This document shows positions 9,035-18,034 of a DNA stretch of 64,000 nucleotides, piece after piece. The notes below the pieces were generated by a model. The model searched no databases, was not told where the DNA came from, and saw nothing but the letters and a program-made list of their open reading frames with translations. The translations under genes and the position numbers were made by a program. Positions within the stretch are counted from its first letter, which is position 1, and the number at the start of each line of letters is the position of its first letter. The stretch is from Candidatus Doudnabacteria bacterium RIFCSPHIGHO2_12_FULL_48_16 (GTDB taxonomy: Bacteria > Patescibacteriota > Doudnabacteria > UBA920 > O2-02-FULL-48-8): positions 10,399 to 74,398 of the forward strand of contig MFEY01000004.1 in NCBI GenBank assembly GCA_001780035.1, given 5' to 3'.

Positions 9035-10375
9035 TTAAATTCTATTTACAAGCACTTCGGGTAGCTGGAGTATTTTGTCTCCTTGGCTAAACCCGTTTCT
9101 TATTATCGCCGTGATTACACCATTCGGCAGACTTGATTTTTTAGTAGCAGATCTCCCCACGTGATAACGGGAATCAAAGCCAGTCTTCCCTAATGCAATA
9201 GGTATCACTTTTATGCCCGCTGATCCCAATAACGCATCCATCGGGGCTTTGATATCTTTAAACTGACTTAGCCAGGCATTAGCTTGGTCCAGAGGTCTTA
9301 AGCTTTCGGGATCGCCTGTGGCACTCATATACTTATACCCCTCGTTATTAACCAATTCATTATATAACAGGTCGAAGCCACCTAGATTATCCGTGATATA
9401 TCTTGACTGATCAAAATTTTTAAGTTTTTCACGCTCCCCGCTGGTAAGAACACAAAATTTAAACAACACATCTTTCACGCTCTGAGTGATTTTCTCCTGT
9501 TGCTCAACCGAACCTCCCGCACCTATCTCGCCTTTAACGAACTTTCCAACCACGCCTAAATTTTTTGCCGCATTTGCATACCGCTCCACTGGCTGCAACA
9601 TACCCTTAAAAGTATTTCTAATACCCAGGTCTTGTGGGCGTTCTGAGGAGGCTTTATCGATTTTCGAGTTGAACACAACCAGCTTGACAAAAAAATCTGT
9701 CTGACGCTGCTTCACCTGCTCTATATCTTCTTGATTTCTTGAATAGACATCCAGTACTAAAGCCTGATCCAGAGTCAATCTTTCATCTTCAGCAATTCCA
9801 GCTCGCCATGTTTGTTCTTCCGATGTGGCAGTCTGTAGGTCGCTCTGCATTTGACTGAGGGATTGTTCAAGATCAACCACTTCCTTCTTGTAGCCGGGGA
9901 TAAAAACTTCTTCCCATTTGGTAAGTGCCGCTTGAGCCTCGGCAAGTGCTGCTTTAGCACGTTCTACACCGTCTTTTTCGGACACCAATAGAGAACCAGG
10001 TTTTACCCGAGCTTCCGCTTGTCTTAACTCATCATGCGCTTGTTGTAGAAATTCTTTACGCTTTTCTACGCTTTCTAGGAAATCTCTACTCCCTCGACGG
10101 AGTTGCGATTTGGCATATTCCAGAGGAGTGCGGGCTTCAATCATCTTACGCACAATGGCGGTACGGGCTTCAAAAAAATTGATTGATTTGGATAAATTCG
10201 CCTGTCCTTCCGGTCGTTCCAGAAGAGCTGTTATCTTGCCCTTTAGTGCTTCGGGGGCTATCGCCGCTACTCCTGAAAAGTCTTGTTCTACTGTGTTATT
10301 ACCAGCAATTTCTGGCCTACGCATTCCTGTGCTTGGATCAATATCTTCTCCGAATCTCTGTTCTTCATCATCCAT
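9035..10375 (-). CDS. Coiled-coil protein with a C-terminal GrpE-like head domain
   Basis: Long heptad-rich region; C-terminus GFDSRYH...VITAIIRNGFSQGDKILQLPEVLV resembles the GrpE beta domain. Confidence 0.7.
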   Translation of the reverse strand: MDDEEQRFGEDIDPSTGMRRPEIAGNNTVEQDFSGVAAIAPEALKGKITALLERPEGQANLSKSINFFEARTAIVRKMIEARTPLEYAKSQLRRGSRDFLESVEKRKEFLQQAHDELRQAEARVKPGSLLVSEKDGVERAKAALAEAQAALTKWEEVFIPGYKKEVVDLEQSLSQMQSDLQTATSEEQTWRAGIAEDERLTLDQALVLDVYSRNQEDIEQVKQRQTDFFVKLVVFNSKIDKASSERPQDLGIRNTFKGMLQPVERYANAAKNLGVVGKFVKGEIGAGGSVEQQEKITQSVKDVLFKFCVLTSGEREKLKNFDQSRYITDNLGGFDLLYNELVNNEGYKYMSATGDPESLRPLDQANAWLSQFKDIKAPMDALLGSAGIKVIPIALGKTGFDSRYHVGRSATKKSSLPNGVITAIIRNGFSQGDKILQLPEVLVNRI

Positions 10376-10494
10376 AGCGATTTGATTAATTCATTATACT
10401 AACAAATATAGTATATTTAACTTAGTCCTTAAGTTCAAGTGATACAAAAATCCTCCCGTGATCAACGGGAGGATTTTTGGTTTGCGGCTTTTGA

Positions 10495-10677
10495 TTAACG
10501 GAAGAGTTTAACGACTTTGGCCATGAACTGGCCAGTGACGTTTTTGAACTTGACCCAACTGCCATCCCCCACACTGATGTCGGCTGCAGTTTTAGTTTCC
10601 CCGTCAATCTTAACTTTAGTGTTCACGTCTACAGTTACGGTCTGCGTCTGACCGGTAACGCTGTTGGTAACCGTTAG
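10495..10677 (-). pseudogene. 3' fragment of a divergent homologue of the 11709-12338 gene
   Basis: Translates LTVTNSVTGQTQTVTVDVNTKVKIDGETKTAADISVGDGSWVKFKNVTGQFMAKVVKLFR*, collinear with the C-terminus of 11709-12338; no start codon. Confidence 0.9.
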
Positions 10678-10689
10678 ACGATGAGGCCT
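10668..10689 (-). pseudogene. 5' fragment of tRNA-Glu
   Basis: 22 bp identical to 8907-8928; similar upstream -10 region. Confidence 0.85.
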
Positions 10690-10754
10690 GAAATTAGCTT
10701 AATTATATCGTTTTGTTCTGGTATAATCAATGCATGATTTGATATAATACATCA

Positions 10755-11663
10755 ATGAAACGATTTTTTTCCGGAATTTTTATTGCGCTCCTCTTAAGCG
10801 GCCTGGGGGTTTGGAGTTATGCCAAATTCCACGTAGTACCCTGCAGCGAACCGGTTAAATATTCTCTCGGCCGGTTTGATGGGCAGTTCGGAATTAATCA
10901 GGAACAATTCCTAGCCGATATTGAAGCGGCCTCCAACATCTGGGCCACCGCCGCAAGCGGCCAGTCTTTATTTGTCTACGATCCGGCCGGATCGCTCAAA
11001 ATCAATCTAGTCTATGACTCCCGGCAAGAAACCACCAACCGGCTGCGGAGCCTGGGAATAAGCATTGAAGACACCAAAGATTCATACGACAAACTAAAAC
11101 TAAGATATCAAACCTCAAAATCCGATTACGAGTTGGCCAAACAGGCTTATGAAAACGAATTAGCCAAATACCAGCAAGACCAGAATGACTATAACCAGCA
11201 GGTCAATTACTGGAATTCCCGCGGCGGCGCGCCCAAAGAAACCTACGACTCGCTGGCGAGCCAAAAAAAACAGCTCGACCAGCGCCGGGCCCAATTAACG
11301 GCCGACCAGGCCGAGCTTAATCAACTGGTCGCCAACCTCAATGCCATAATTGATGCGCTCAATCAACTGGGCAAAAAACTGAATTTGAATATCGCCGATT
11401 ATAACAATGTCGGCGCCTCCCAAGGATCAGAGTTTGAAGAAGGCCTTTATGTTGAAAGTTCGACCGGCAAATATATCGATATTTATGAATTCGACAATCA
11501 AACCCAGTTGGTGCGCCTTCTGGCTCACGAACTGGGCCACTCCCTGGGCCTGCTTCATGTCGATGACTCCGAGGCCATCATGTATCGCCTTAACTCTTCC
11601 ACCAACCAAATCGCGACCGGCGCCGACATCGCGGAACTCAAAGCCATCTGCAAGTTGCCATAG
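10755..11663 (+). CDS. Matrixin-family (M10-like) zinc metalloprotease with coiled-coil insertion
   Basis: Signal/TM helix; HELGHSLGLLH; AIMY Met-turn. Confidence 0.88.
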   Translation: MKRFFSGIFIALLLSGLGVWSYAKFHVVPCSEPVKYSLGRFDGQFGINQEQFLADIEAASNIWATAASGQSLFVYDPAGSLKINLVYDSRQETTNRLRSLGISIEDTKDSYDKLKLRYQTSKSDYELAKQAYENELAKYQQDQNDYNQQVNYWNSRGGAPKETYDSLASQKKQLDQRRAQLTADQAELNQLVANLNAIIDALNQLGKKLNLNIADYNNVGASQGSEFEEGLYVESSTGKYIDIYEFDNQTQLVRLLAHELGHSLGLLHVDDSEAIMYRLNSSTNQIATGADIAELKAICKLP

Positions 11664-11676
11664 CTTAGTATAACAA

Positions 11677-11705
11677 ACCCCCGCCTCTCGCGAGAGGCGG
11701 GGTTA
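11677..11705. terminator. Bidirectional terminator-like palindrome CCCCGCCTCTCGCGAGAGGCGGGG
   Basis: Perfect hairpin between convergent genes; relatives near 5244 and at 37845. Confidence 0.7.
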
Positions 11706-11708
11706 AAC

Positions 11709-12338
11709 TTAGCGGAAAAGATTGAAGAATTTGGCAATCAGAGTGCCCGCCTCGTTCTTAAATTTTACCCAACCGCTGTCCCCAACTTGGATATCGGCGA
11801 TGGTTTTACTCTCACCGTTGATCATGACCTTGGTGTCTGCGTTGGTGGTGACAGTCTGTGATACTCCGGTCAAACCATTGGTAATGGTTATGGAATTGTC
11901 GGTGACGGCCGTAACTTTGCCTGAGGCTCTGGTTACCGGCCGGCTAAGGTCACGGACCTGCGTGGCGGTCAAGACTGTACCGCTAATGCTGCCGGATACA
12001 ATTACCTTATCCCCGGCCTTAAGGTCAGCCCAACTTAAAACCGCTTCGTCGTTGCCCTTGATTTTGGTATCGCTATTGATGACGACGGTTACCTGGCCGT
12101 TACCCATAAGGTCAGACAAATGTTTGCCAGCTTTGGCGTTGAATACCAGACTTGAAGAAGTTGCCGAGTTAACGGTTCCCCAGAATTGGAATTTGTTAAG
12201 TCCCAATCGCAAACCGCCAGCTTGCTCCGCCTTGACCTTGATAAAACCATGGCTCTCGTTTTCATGAGCCGAGGCTATGCTGACGGTAGCGGTAAGCGCC
12301 AGCGCTGCGATCGTAAGAACTGCAAGTAGTTTTTTCAT
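11709..12338 (-). CDS. Secreted protein with two DUF5666-like OB-fold repeats
   Basis: Signal peptide; repeated G.V......(D)TK...DL..GD.V.V pattern. Confidence 0.75.
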   Translation of the reverse strand: MKKLLAVLTIAALALTATVSIASAHENESHGFIKVKAEQAGGLRLGLNKFQFWGTVNSATSSSLVFNAKAGKHLSDLMGNGQVTVVINSDTKIKGNDEAVLSWADLKAGDKVIVSGSISGTVLTATQVRDLSRPVTRASGKVTAVTDNSITITNGLTGVSQTVTTNADTKVMINGESKTIADIQVGDSGWVKFKNEAGTLIAKFFNLFR

Positions 12339-12468
12339 AAATTTCCTTTCTCCCTCCATTCATTGAATCGAAGCATTGCCAGTGAGGTTACAAACTTTAA
12401 GGGTAAAACAAACAAAAAAATAAGCCCTTTCGGCTCTAACTAATAAAGACGAAAAAAATAATTTTTTG

Positions 12469-13728
12469 TTACAGCCAACTTTCTGACTGGCGCACCAGCA
12501 GCTGTGGTGCCAGGTTGGGCTCTAGCATAATTTCTTTGACAATTTTTTCCATGCGCGCGGCTTGAGAACCTTTGACCAAGATAGTATCGCCGGGAAGCAA
12601 GGCTGATCGGACCGAGATTTTGGCGGAATCAGAAGTGGCGAACCATTGAGCGCGGCCGCTAAATTTTCGCGCCTGCAATCCCTCCCGGATAATTTTGGCT
12701 TCCTCCCCGACCAAATAAACCAGCCCAATGGCGCTTTCCACAATTTTGGCCGCGACATCAATATGGCCGCTGCGAGTTTGGGCTCCGAGCTCAGTCATTG
12801 AGCCCAAAACTGCAATTTTTCGCCCTAATGCCAGATTATTCAAAGTATCAAGAGCCGCAATTGTGGAAGCGGGGGCGGCATTATAAGTGTCGTCGATAAT
12901 TGCCGTCTGCCTGATACCGGCAATTAAGCGCTGCCGGCCTTGCGACGGCTCGTAGGATTTAAGCGCTTCCGAGGCTTCGACTAAATTTATATCAAACTGC
13001 AATCCGACGGCGACGGCGGCCAGAGCTGCATACACCGCGGGCTTGCCCAGCGAGTTCGGCAAAAAAAACGGAAGAACAGTTCCTTCATAGTGAACCTTAA
13101 AATTCGAACCCCAGGTTCCCTCTACTTGCATCAAGCGGAAATCAGAAGCTTTGATTTGGGCTTCTCGAGCAAACCCAAAGCTGACCACTTTTGCTTTGGT
13201 CTGAATCCGGCCTTCCTGCACCTTCGGGCTGTCAAAATTTAGAACGGCCGCGGCCTCGAGTGGAAGTTTTTTGATCAAACTCAGTTTTTCCCGGGCCAGC
13301 TCCGATTGATCGGTAAAAAACTGCAGGTGTGAAATTCCGATATCGGTAACCACGGCCACGTCGACCTTGCCCAAAATCTTCATCAAATACGCGATATTGC
13401 CGGGGCGATCCACGCCCAGCTCCAGAACCAAAACTTGCGGATAATCGGCGTGAGCCAATTTCGCAATGCTCTTGAGAAAAATCCAGGCCCAACGCAACAA
13501 GTTGCGCCCGCCGGTCTGTTCGCCGGCAATCGTCAACGGCAGTCCGATTTCGTTGTTGTAATTCCCCCGGCTTTGGCGCACCGAATATTTGGTCTGCAAG
13601 ACGCGCAAACAGGCTTCCTTGGTGGAAGTTTTGCCGACGCTGCCGGTGATCGCCACGATCTTCGGATGATACCGCCAGAGAAACAGTTTTGCCAGGATGG
13701 CCAGATTTTTTTCCAAAAGTGTGCGCAT
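12469..13728 (-). CDS. murF: UDP-MurNAc-tripeptide D-Ala-D-Ala ligase
   Basis: AITGSVGKTSTKE, NNEIGLPL, LELGVD, DDTYNA, LVKGSQ. Confidence 0.93.
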   Translation of the reverse strand: MRTLLEKNLAILAKLFLWRYHPKIVAITGSVGKTSTKEACLRVLQTKYSVRQSRGNYNNEIGLPLTIAGEQTGGRNLLRWAWIFLKSIAKLAHADYPQVLVLELGVDRPGNIAYLMKILGKVDVAVVTDIGISHLQFFTDQSELAREKLSLIKKLPLEAAAVLNFDSPKVQEGRIQTKAKVVSFGFAREAQIKASDFRLMQVEGTWGSNFKVHYEGTVLPFFLPNSLGKPAVYAALAAVAVGLQFDINLVEASEALKSYEPSQGRQRLIAGIRQTAIIDDTYNAAPASTIAALDTLNNLALGRKIAVLGSMTELGAQTRSGHIDVAAKIVESAIGLVYLVGEEAKIIREGLQARKFSGRAQWFATSDSAKISVRSALLPGDTILVKGSQAARMEKIVKEIMLEPNLAPQLLVRQSESWL

Positions 13729-13729
13729 A

Positions 13730-15484
13730 TTATTGCCGCGACGGCGGCACTTGAAAGTAATTTAGAATAAATTGAGCAATTTGACCAAAGGCCGGGGCCG
13801 CTGTCGATTCGGCGAATTTCACGTCTTTCGGGTTATCTATCCGCACCAGCATCAAAAATTGTGGATCGTCCACCGGCCCAAAGCCGACAAATGATCCAAT
13901 ATTGCGGTTGGGGTCATAACCGCTTCGATCCGTAAACGCCACCTGTGCTGTCCCGGTTTTGCCGGCAATGTAGTAACCCTTAACCGCCGCTCTTTTGCCA
14001 TGTCCGTTTTCCACTACGTCCACCAGCATTGCCGAAATTGTGGATGCGGTTTTGGCATCAATAACCTGATCGCCCGGGTCATGATCGGTTTTTATTTCAT
14101 CTCCATTGGGCTGGACGATTCTGTCGATAATGTATGGTCTGACCAGTTGACCGCCATTGGCAAAAGGAGAATAGGCCTGAATAATCTGAAGTGGGGTGAC
14201 GCTGATCCCCTGGCCAAACGAGGCCGTGGCAAAAAAAACATCACCTTTCTTATTTAAGTTGTCGAGATTACCGCCATGATTGGGCAGTTCAAAATTAACC
14301 GCCTGGCCAAAGCCCAATTTTTTAACGTATTCCCTGAACTTGTCATTTCCGATCTGCTGTTGGGCAAAAACCGCGCCGGTGTTAAGGGATTCATCCAAAA
14401 CCCGGATCATGCTCTGATCGCCCAAAAAATCAGCCGGGCTGGAATTTTTAATAATTTTATCATCCACCTGGATGGATCCGGTGTTGTTGTAAGTGGAATC
14501 GGGTGTAACCTTGCCCTCGTTGATTGCCGCGGCCAAGGTTACCGCCTTGAATATCGAGCCGGGCTCATAATCACCTGCGGCCACTTGATTGGCAAAAATC
14601 GACAAATCTTTGACCTTGCCGTAGTTATTGGCATCAAAACTCGGGTAATTGGCCAGAGCGAGCACCGCTCCGGTTTTAGGATTGATAACTGTGACCGAAC
14701 CGTTGTCAGCCCCGTGGTCTTTGACTGTCCGGGCCAAAACCTCTTCCGCCTTGTATTGAATGGCTGAATCCAGGGTCAGATAGATATCGTCGCCATTGCG
14801 GGCGGGAACAAAATTGCGCGAAGCGACCGTGATCAACCGGCCCCTGCTGTCAGTTTCGGCGCCCAAAGATCCCTTCCTCCCCGTCAGCTCATCGTTGTAA
14901 TTGCCTTCAATGCCGTATTGCCCAACCCGGTCATTGCCTTTGTAGCCCAAAAATCCGACGACCTGGCTGGCCAAATTTGATTCGGGATAAAATCGCGCTT
15001 CCTGGGCCTGAATATAAATGCCTTTGACTTTTAACGACTCAATTGCCTTGGCCTGTTCGTCGGTCATATCTTTGGTCAGTGGCACATAACTCCCATTGCC
15101 GGAAATCTTGGCCAGTAAATCTTTGGTTGACAGGCCCAGATGCCCCGCCAGCTTGTTGGCGGCCTGTTCTTTGTCGGTGATTTCCTTCGGAATGGCGTAG
15201 ACCATATTTTTGGAAATGGTCGTGGCCACCAACACCGTCGAGCCCGGCGAGCCCGCCAAATATATATCACCGCGCTTGGAATCGATCGTGGTCGAAAACC
15301 CGCGCTGATTGGCGGCCAGAGATTCATAATATTTATGGTTAACAACCTGCACCATAAACAAGCGGGCGCCGAGAATAAATATAAACAAGGCCAGGGCGAG
15401 CAATAATAAAAAAATTCTTAAGTTGTAAGAATTTTTGACCCCGGGTGGGTTAATGGCAATGTTATTTGAGCGCGAAGTTGGCAT
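13730..15484 (-). CDS. ftsI: Class B penicillin-binding protein (FtsI/PBP3-like)
   Basis: EPGSIFK (SxxK), SLN (SxN), GKTGTAQ; dcw cluster position. Confidence 0.88.
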   Translation of the reverse strand: MPTSRSNNIAINPPGVKNSYNLRIFLLLLALALFIFILGARLFMVQVVNHKYYESLAANQRGFSTTIDSKRGDIYLAGSPGSTVLVATTISKNMVYAIPKEITDKEQAANKLAGHLGLSTKDLLAKISGNGSYVPLTKDMTDEQAKAIESLKVKGIYIQAQEARFYPESNLASQVVGFLGYKGNDRVGQYGIEGNYNDELTGRKGSLGAETDSRGRLITVASRNFVPARNGDDIYLTLDSAIQYKAEEVLARTVKDHGADNGSVTVINPKTGAVLALANYPSFDANNYGKVKDLSIFANQVAAGDYEPGSIFKAVTLAAAINEGKVTPDSTYNNTGSIQVDDKIIKNSSPADFLGDQSMIRVLDESLNTGAVFAQQQIGNDKFREYVKKLGFGQAVNFELPNHGGNLDNLNKKGDVFFATASFGQGISVTPLQIIQAYSPFANGGQLVRPYIIDRIVQPNGDEIKTDHDPGDQVIDAKTASTISAMLVDVVENGHGKRAAVKGYYIAGKTGTAQVAFTDRSGYDPNRNIGSFVGFGPVDDPQFLMLVRIDNPKDVKFAESTAAPAFGQIAQFILNYFQVPPSRQ

Positions 15485-15815
15485 CTTTGATATAGGTCAC
15501 ATTGGTTACTGGCACGAACCGGCCGGCCGCGGCCTGGCCCTGGATTTGATTGATTGACTGCAAATCCGATGACTGAATTTGCAGGGTTTGCTGTTCATAT
15601 TCCTCTGCCTCCAGCCGCGTTTCCACCCGTTTGATCTCATAGCCCTTGGTGCCCAACGAGCTGATAGTGAACAGATAGCCAAAACCCAAAAGCAGAGTGC
15701 CAGCCATTAAAATCAAATTCAATTTTTGAGCGGAGTTCCAGGTCCCGATCCGGGGTTTGGAAGCCGTTAATGGCAAAGATAAAGTTAAATCACGCATGTG
15801 CCGCCTAACATTCAC
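15462..15815 (-). CDS. FtsL-like cell division protein
   Basis: Single TM plus coiled coil, between rsmH and ftsI; start uncertain. Confidence 0.65.
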   Translation of the reverse strand: MNVRRHMRDLTLSLPLTASKPRIGTWNSAQKLNLILMAGTLLLGFGYLFTISSLGTKGYEIKRVETRLEAEEYEQQTLQIQSSDLQSINQIQGQAAAGRFVPVTNVTYIKDANFALK

Positions 15816-15899
15816 GTATCATGAATCACGTATCGCGAATCATGTTTTAGTTTGTTTTTGTTTTCATGTTACATGTTACGTGTTCCATGCTACATGATT

Positions 15900-16829
15900 T
15901 CAAATTTTCTGCGCCGCCCTGAGTTTGGCCGGTTTGCTGCGCGAGTTGGTTTTAATCTCTTCTTCGGACGCTGTTGCGGGCTTGCGGGTCAGAATCCTGA
16001 GAGTTGAAATTTTGTCGCAAACGCAGGTCGGAAATTCAGGCGGACAAACGCACTCGCGGGCCTGCTCGTTAAAAAATTCTTTAACAATCCGGTCTTCCAG
16101 AGACTGAAACGAAATGACTACCAGGCGGCCGGCTGGTTTTAAAAGCTTTAGGCATTTAGGCAAAACGGTTTTCAAATTTACCAGCTCCCGGTTGACTTCG
16201 ATTCGGAGCGCTTGAAAAATCCGTCGTTGAGAATCTGCGGCCTTGAATTGAATCGGCTTCGGCAAAGCCTGTTTGATAATTTCAGCCAATTGGCCGGTGC
16301 TTAGAATCGATCCTTTTTGCCGGTGAGCCACTATTTCCCGGGCAATTCTGCCGGCAAACTTCTCTTCCCCAAAGTCCTTAAAAATTTCTGCCAATTCGTG
16401 AACATGGTAATGGTTTACGACCTGTTCTGCCGTTACCTTACTCGAGGAATCGAACCGCATATCCAGCGGGCCTTCGCTTTGGAACGAAAACCCCCGCTTG
16501 GCTTGATCAACCTGGTCGGAGGAAAAACCCAGATCCAGGAGGATCCCGTCAAGTTCGGTTATGGAGTGCTCGGCGCAAATCGAATCCAAGTCCACATAAT
16601 TTCCCTTTACCAAAGTGGCTCTTTGGTTCAGGCTCTCTTGGACAAGCCTCTCTCGCAGCTTGTCCAAAGAAGTCTGATCCAAATCAATCCCCAAAACTTG
16701 GTTAACCGGGTTGGAATTTAAAATTGCGATCGTATGGCCGCCGCTCCCGACCGTGCCGTCGGCAAACCGGCCGCCGGAGGCCGCATTCAAATATTCAAGC
16801 GTTTCCTTCAGCAGGACGGGTACGTGCAT
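15900..16829 (-). CDS. rsmH: 16S rRNA m4C1402 methyltransferase
   Basis: HVPVLL, DGTVGSGGH, LDLGFSS, PLDMRFD, FQALRIEVNREL, SLEDRIVK. Confidence 0.96.
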   Translation of the reverse strand: MHVPVLLKETLEYLNAASGGRFADGTVGSGGHTIAILNSNPVNQVLGIDLDQTSLDKLRERLVQESLNQRATLVKGNYVDLDSICAEHSITELDGILLDLGFSSDQVDQAKRGFSFQSEGPLDMRFDSSSKVTAEQVVNHYHVHELAEIFKDFGEEKFAGRIAREIVAHRQKGSILSTGQLAEIIKQALPKPIQFKAADSQRRIFQALRIEVNRELVNLKTVLPKCLKLLKPAGRLVVISFQSLEDRIVKEFFNEQARECVCPPEFPTCVCDKISTLRILTRKPATASEEEIKTNSRSKPAKLRAAQKI

Positions 16830-16877
16830 ACTTTTTCTCTCTTAAGCAAGGCGCTGGTGCAAAATTAGCCTTCGCAG

Positions 16878-16927
16878 GCCGACCTTAGTCGGCCGAGAAC
16901 GCAGGCTGTCCCGACGTTAAGTCGGGA
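16878..16927. repeat. Pair of CCGAC...GTCGG palindromes
   Basis: GGCCGACCTTAGTCGGCC and TCCCGACGTTAAGTCGGGA; related motif at 29069-29114. Confidence 0.55.
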
Positions 16928-16960
16928 ACAGCCGGTAATTTTGCACGAACGCCGAGCGAT

Positions 16961-17392
16961 TTACACTCCCAGTTCTCCCAATTTTTCAGCAATCGCCGTG
17001 CTTTCCCGTTCGGTATTCTTCTTGTAATCAAGCCACAACCGCTCATCCCAGATTTCAATGCGGTTATAAAGCCCGGCCACAACCACCCGCTTGGTCAGCG
17101 TTGCGAATTTCCGCAAATAATCCGGAATCATCATCCGACCCTGCTTGTCCAACTCTGCATCAAATGCCCCCGCCAGCATGAGCCGCGAAAAAGCGCGGGA
17201 ATTGGCCTGCGTCAAAGGCAACGCCGCTATCTTGGCCGCAATGACTTCCCATTCCTTGGTCGGATAGAGAAAAAGACTTTGATCCAAGCCGCGGGTCACG
17301 ACAGCCGATGCATTTAAAAGAGCACGAAACTTTGCCGGAATGGCGATTCGACCCTTGGCATCCATGCTAACTGTAAATTCCCCAATAAACAT
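16961..17392 (-). CDS. mraZ: Transcriptional regulator MraZ
   Basis: MFIGEF, DAKGRIAIPAKFR, DKQGRMMIP, RIEIW. Confidence 0.96.
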   Translation of the reverse strand: MFIGEFTVSMDAKGRIAIPAKFRALLNASAVVTRGLDQSLFLYPTKEWEVIAAKIAALPLTQANSRAFSRLMLAGAFDAELDKQGRMMIPDYLRKFATLTKRVVVAGLYNRIEIWDERLWLDYKKNTERESTAIAEKLGELGV

Positions 17393-17422
17393 GACTTTCT
17401 TTGTTTCTTGAACAGTGATGTT

Positions 17423-17448
17423 CTCCACTTTTCCCCACGATTATCCAC
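17423..17448 (-). promoter_or_regulatory. MraZ-binding direct repeats
   Basis: GTGGAT, GTGGGG and GTGGAG at exact 10-bp spacing upstream of mraZ. Confidence 0.8.
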
Positions 17449-17632
17449 AATTCACCATTTACAATTCATTATATTCCACTCTATGACACACGTCAAAGGT
17501 TCTGTAACAAATAAAAAAGGCCGTAAACCGGCCAAAATACGCTAAAAACCAACGAATCTGTCAAGTTTTAAGCCTACTTGTCCCCACCAAGCTTTTTTCC
17601 TAAAAAACTGCCCCAAATCGGGGCAGTTTGTG

Positions 17633-17725
17633 TTATTCAGTCTCTTCGGTATTTGTTTCTTCCTTTACTTCCTTTTCATCCGTATCAGCGTCATCATCAG
17701 ATGGATTCGTTTTGTCATCATCCAT
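17633..17725 (-). CDS. Very acidic 30-aa peptide (not in ORF track)
   Basis: MDDDKTNPSDDDADTDEKEVKEETNTEETE*; upstream TTGACC-17-TATACT promoter; downstream hairpin. Confidence 0.5.
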   Translation of the reverse strand: MDDDKTNPSDDDADTDEKEVKEETNTEETE

Positions 17726-17780
17726 GATCATAAAATTGGATTAATAATTTCCAACAGTATACCCGATTGCCGCGGGTTGG

Positions 17781-18017
17781 TCAATTCTTTGTAAGTAAAA
17801 ACTTAATAATTGTGGATAAACTTTCCCAAATATTCTTAAGAATGGGCACCGAAGCCGGCAAAAGCACAATCAATACGATTATATAAATAAATTCACGCTT
17901 AATGACCTTAAAGATTCCTATGGCCAGACAGACTGCCAGGGCCAAGGATACGATTCCGTGCAAATTTTCCGGAAAATAACTTAAAAATTGATTGTAGATA
18001 GATACAATTTGATCCAT
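17781..18017 (-). CDS. Small membrane protein
   Basis: 78 aa, two TM helices. Confidence 0.7.
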   Translation of the reverse strand: MDQIVSIYNQFLSYFPENLHGIVSLALAVCLAIGIFKVIKREFIYIIVLIVLLPASVPILKNIWESLSTIIKFLLTKN

Positions 18018-18034
18018 GGGTCAAATATGGTTAA

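Noticed and set aside
10422-10607. 61-aa ORF in the track
   Set aside because: Wrong frame; the adjacent frame encodes the DUF5666-like fragment
10668-10689. Classical prophage or ICE att site at tRNA-Glu
   Set aside because: The duplicate is the tRNA 5' end fused to a gene fragment, with no integrase; a recombination scar fits better
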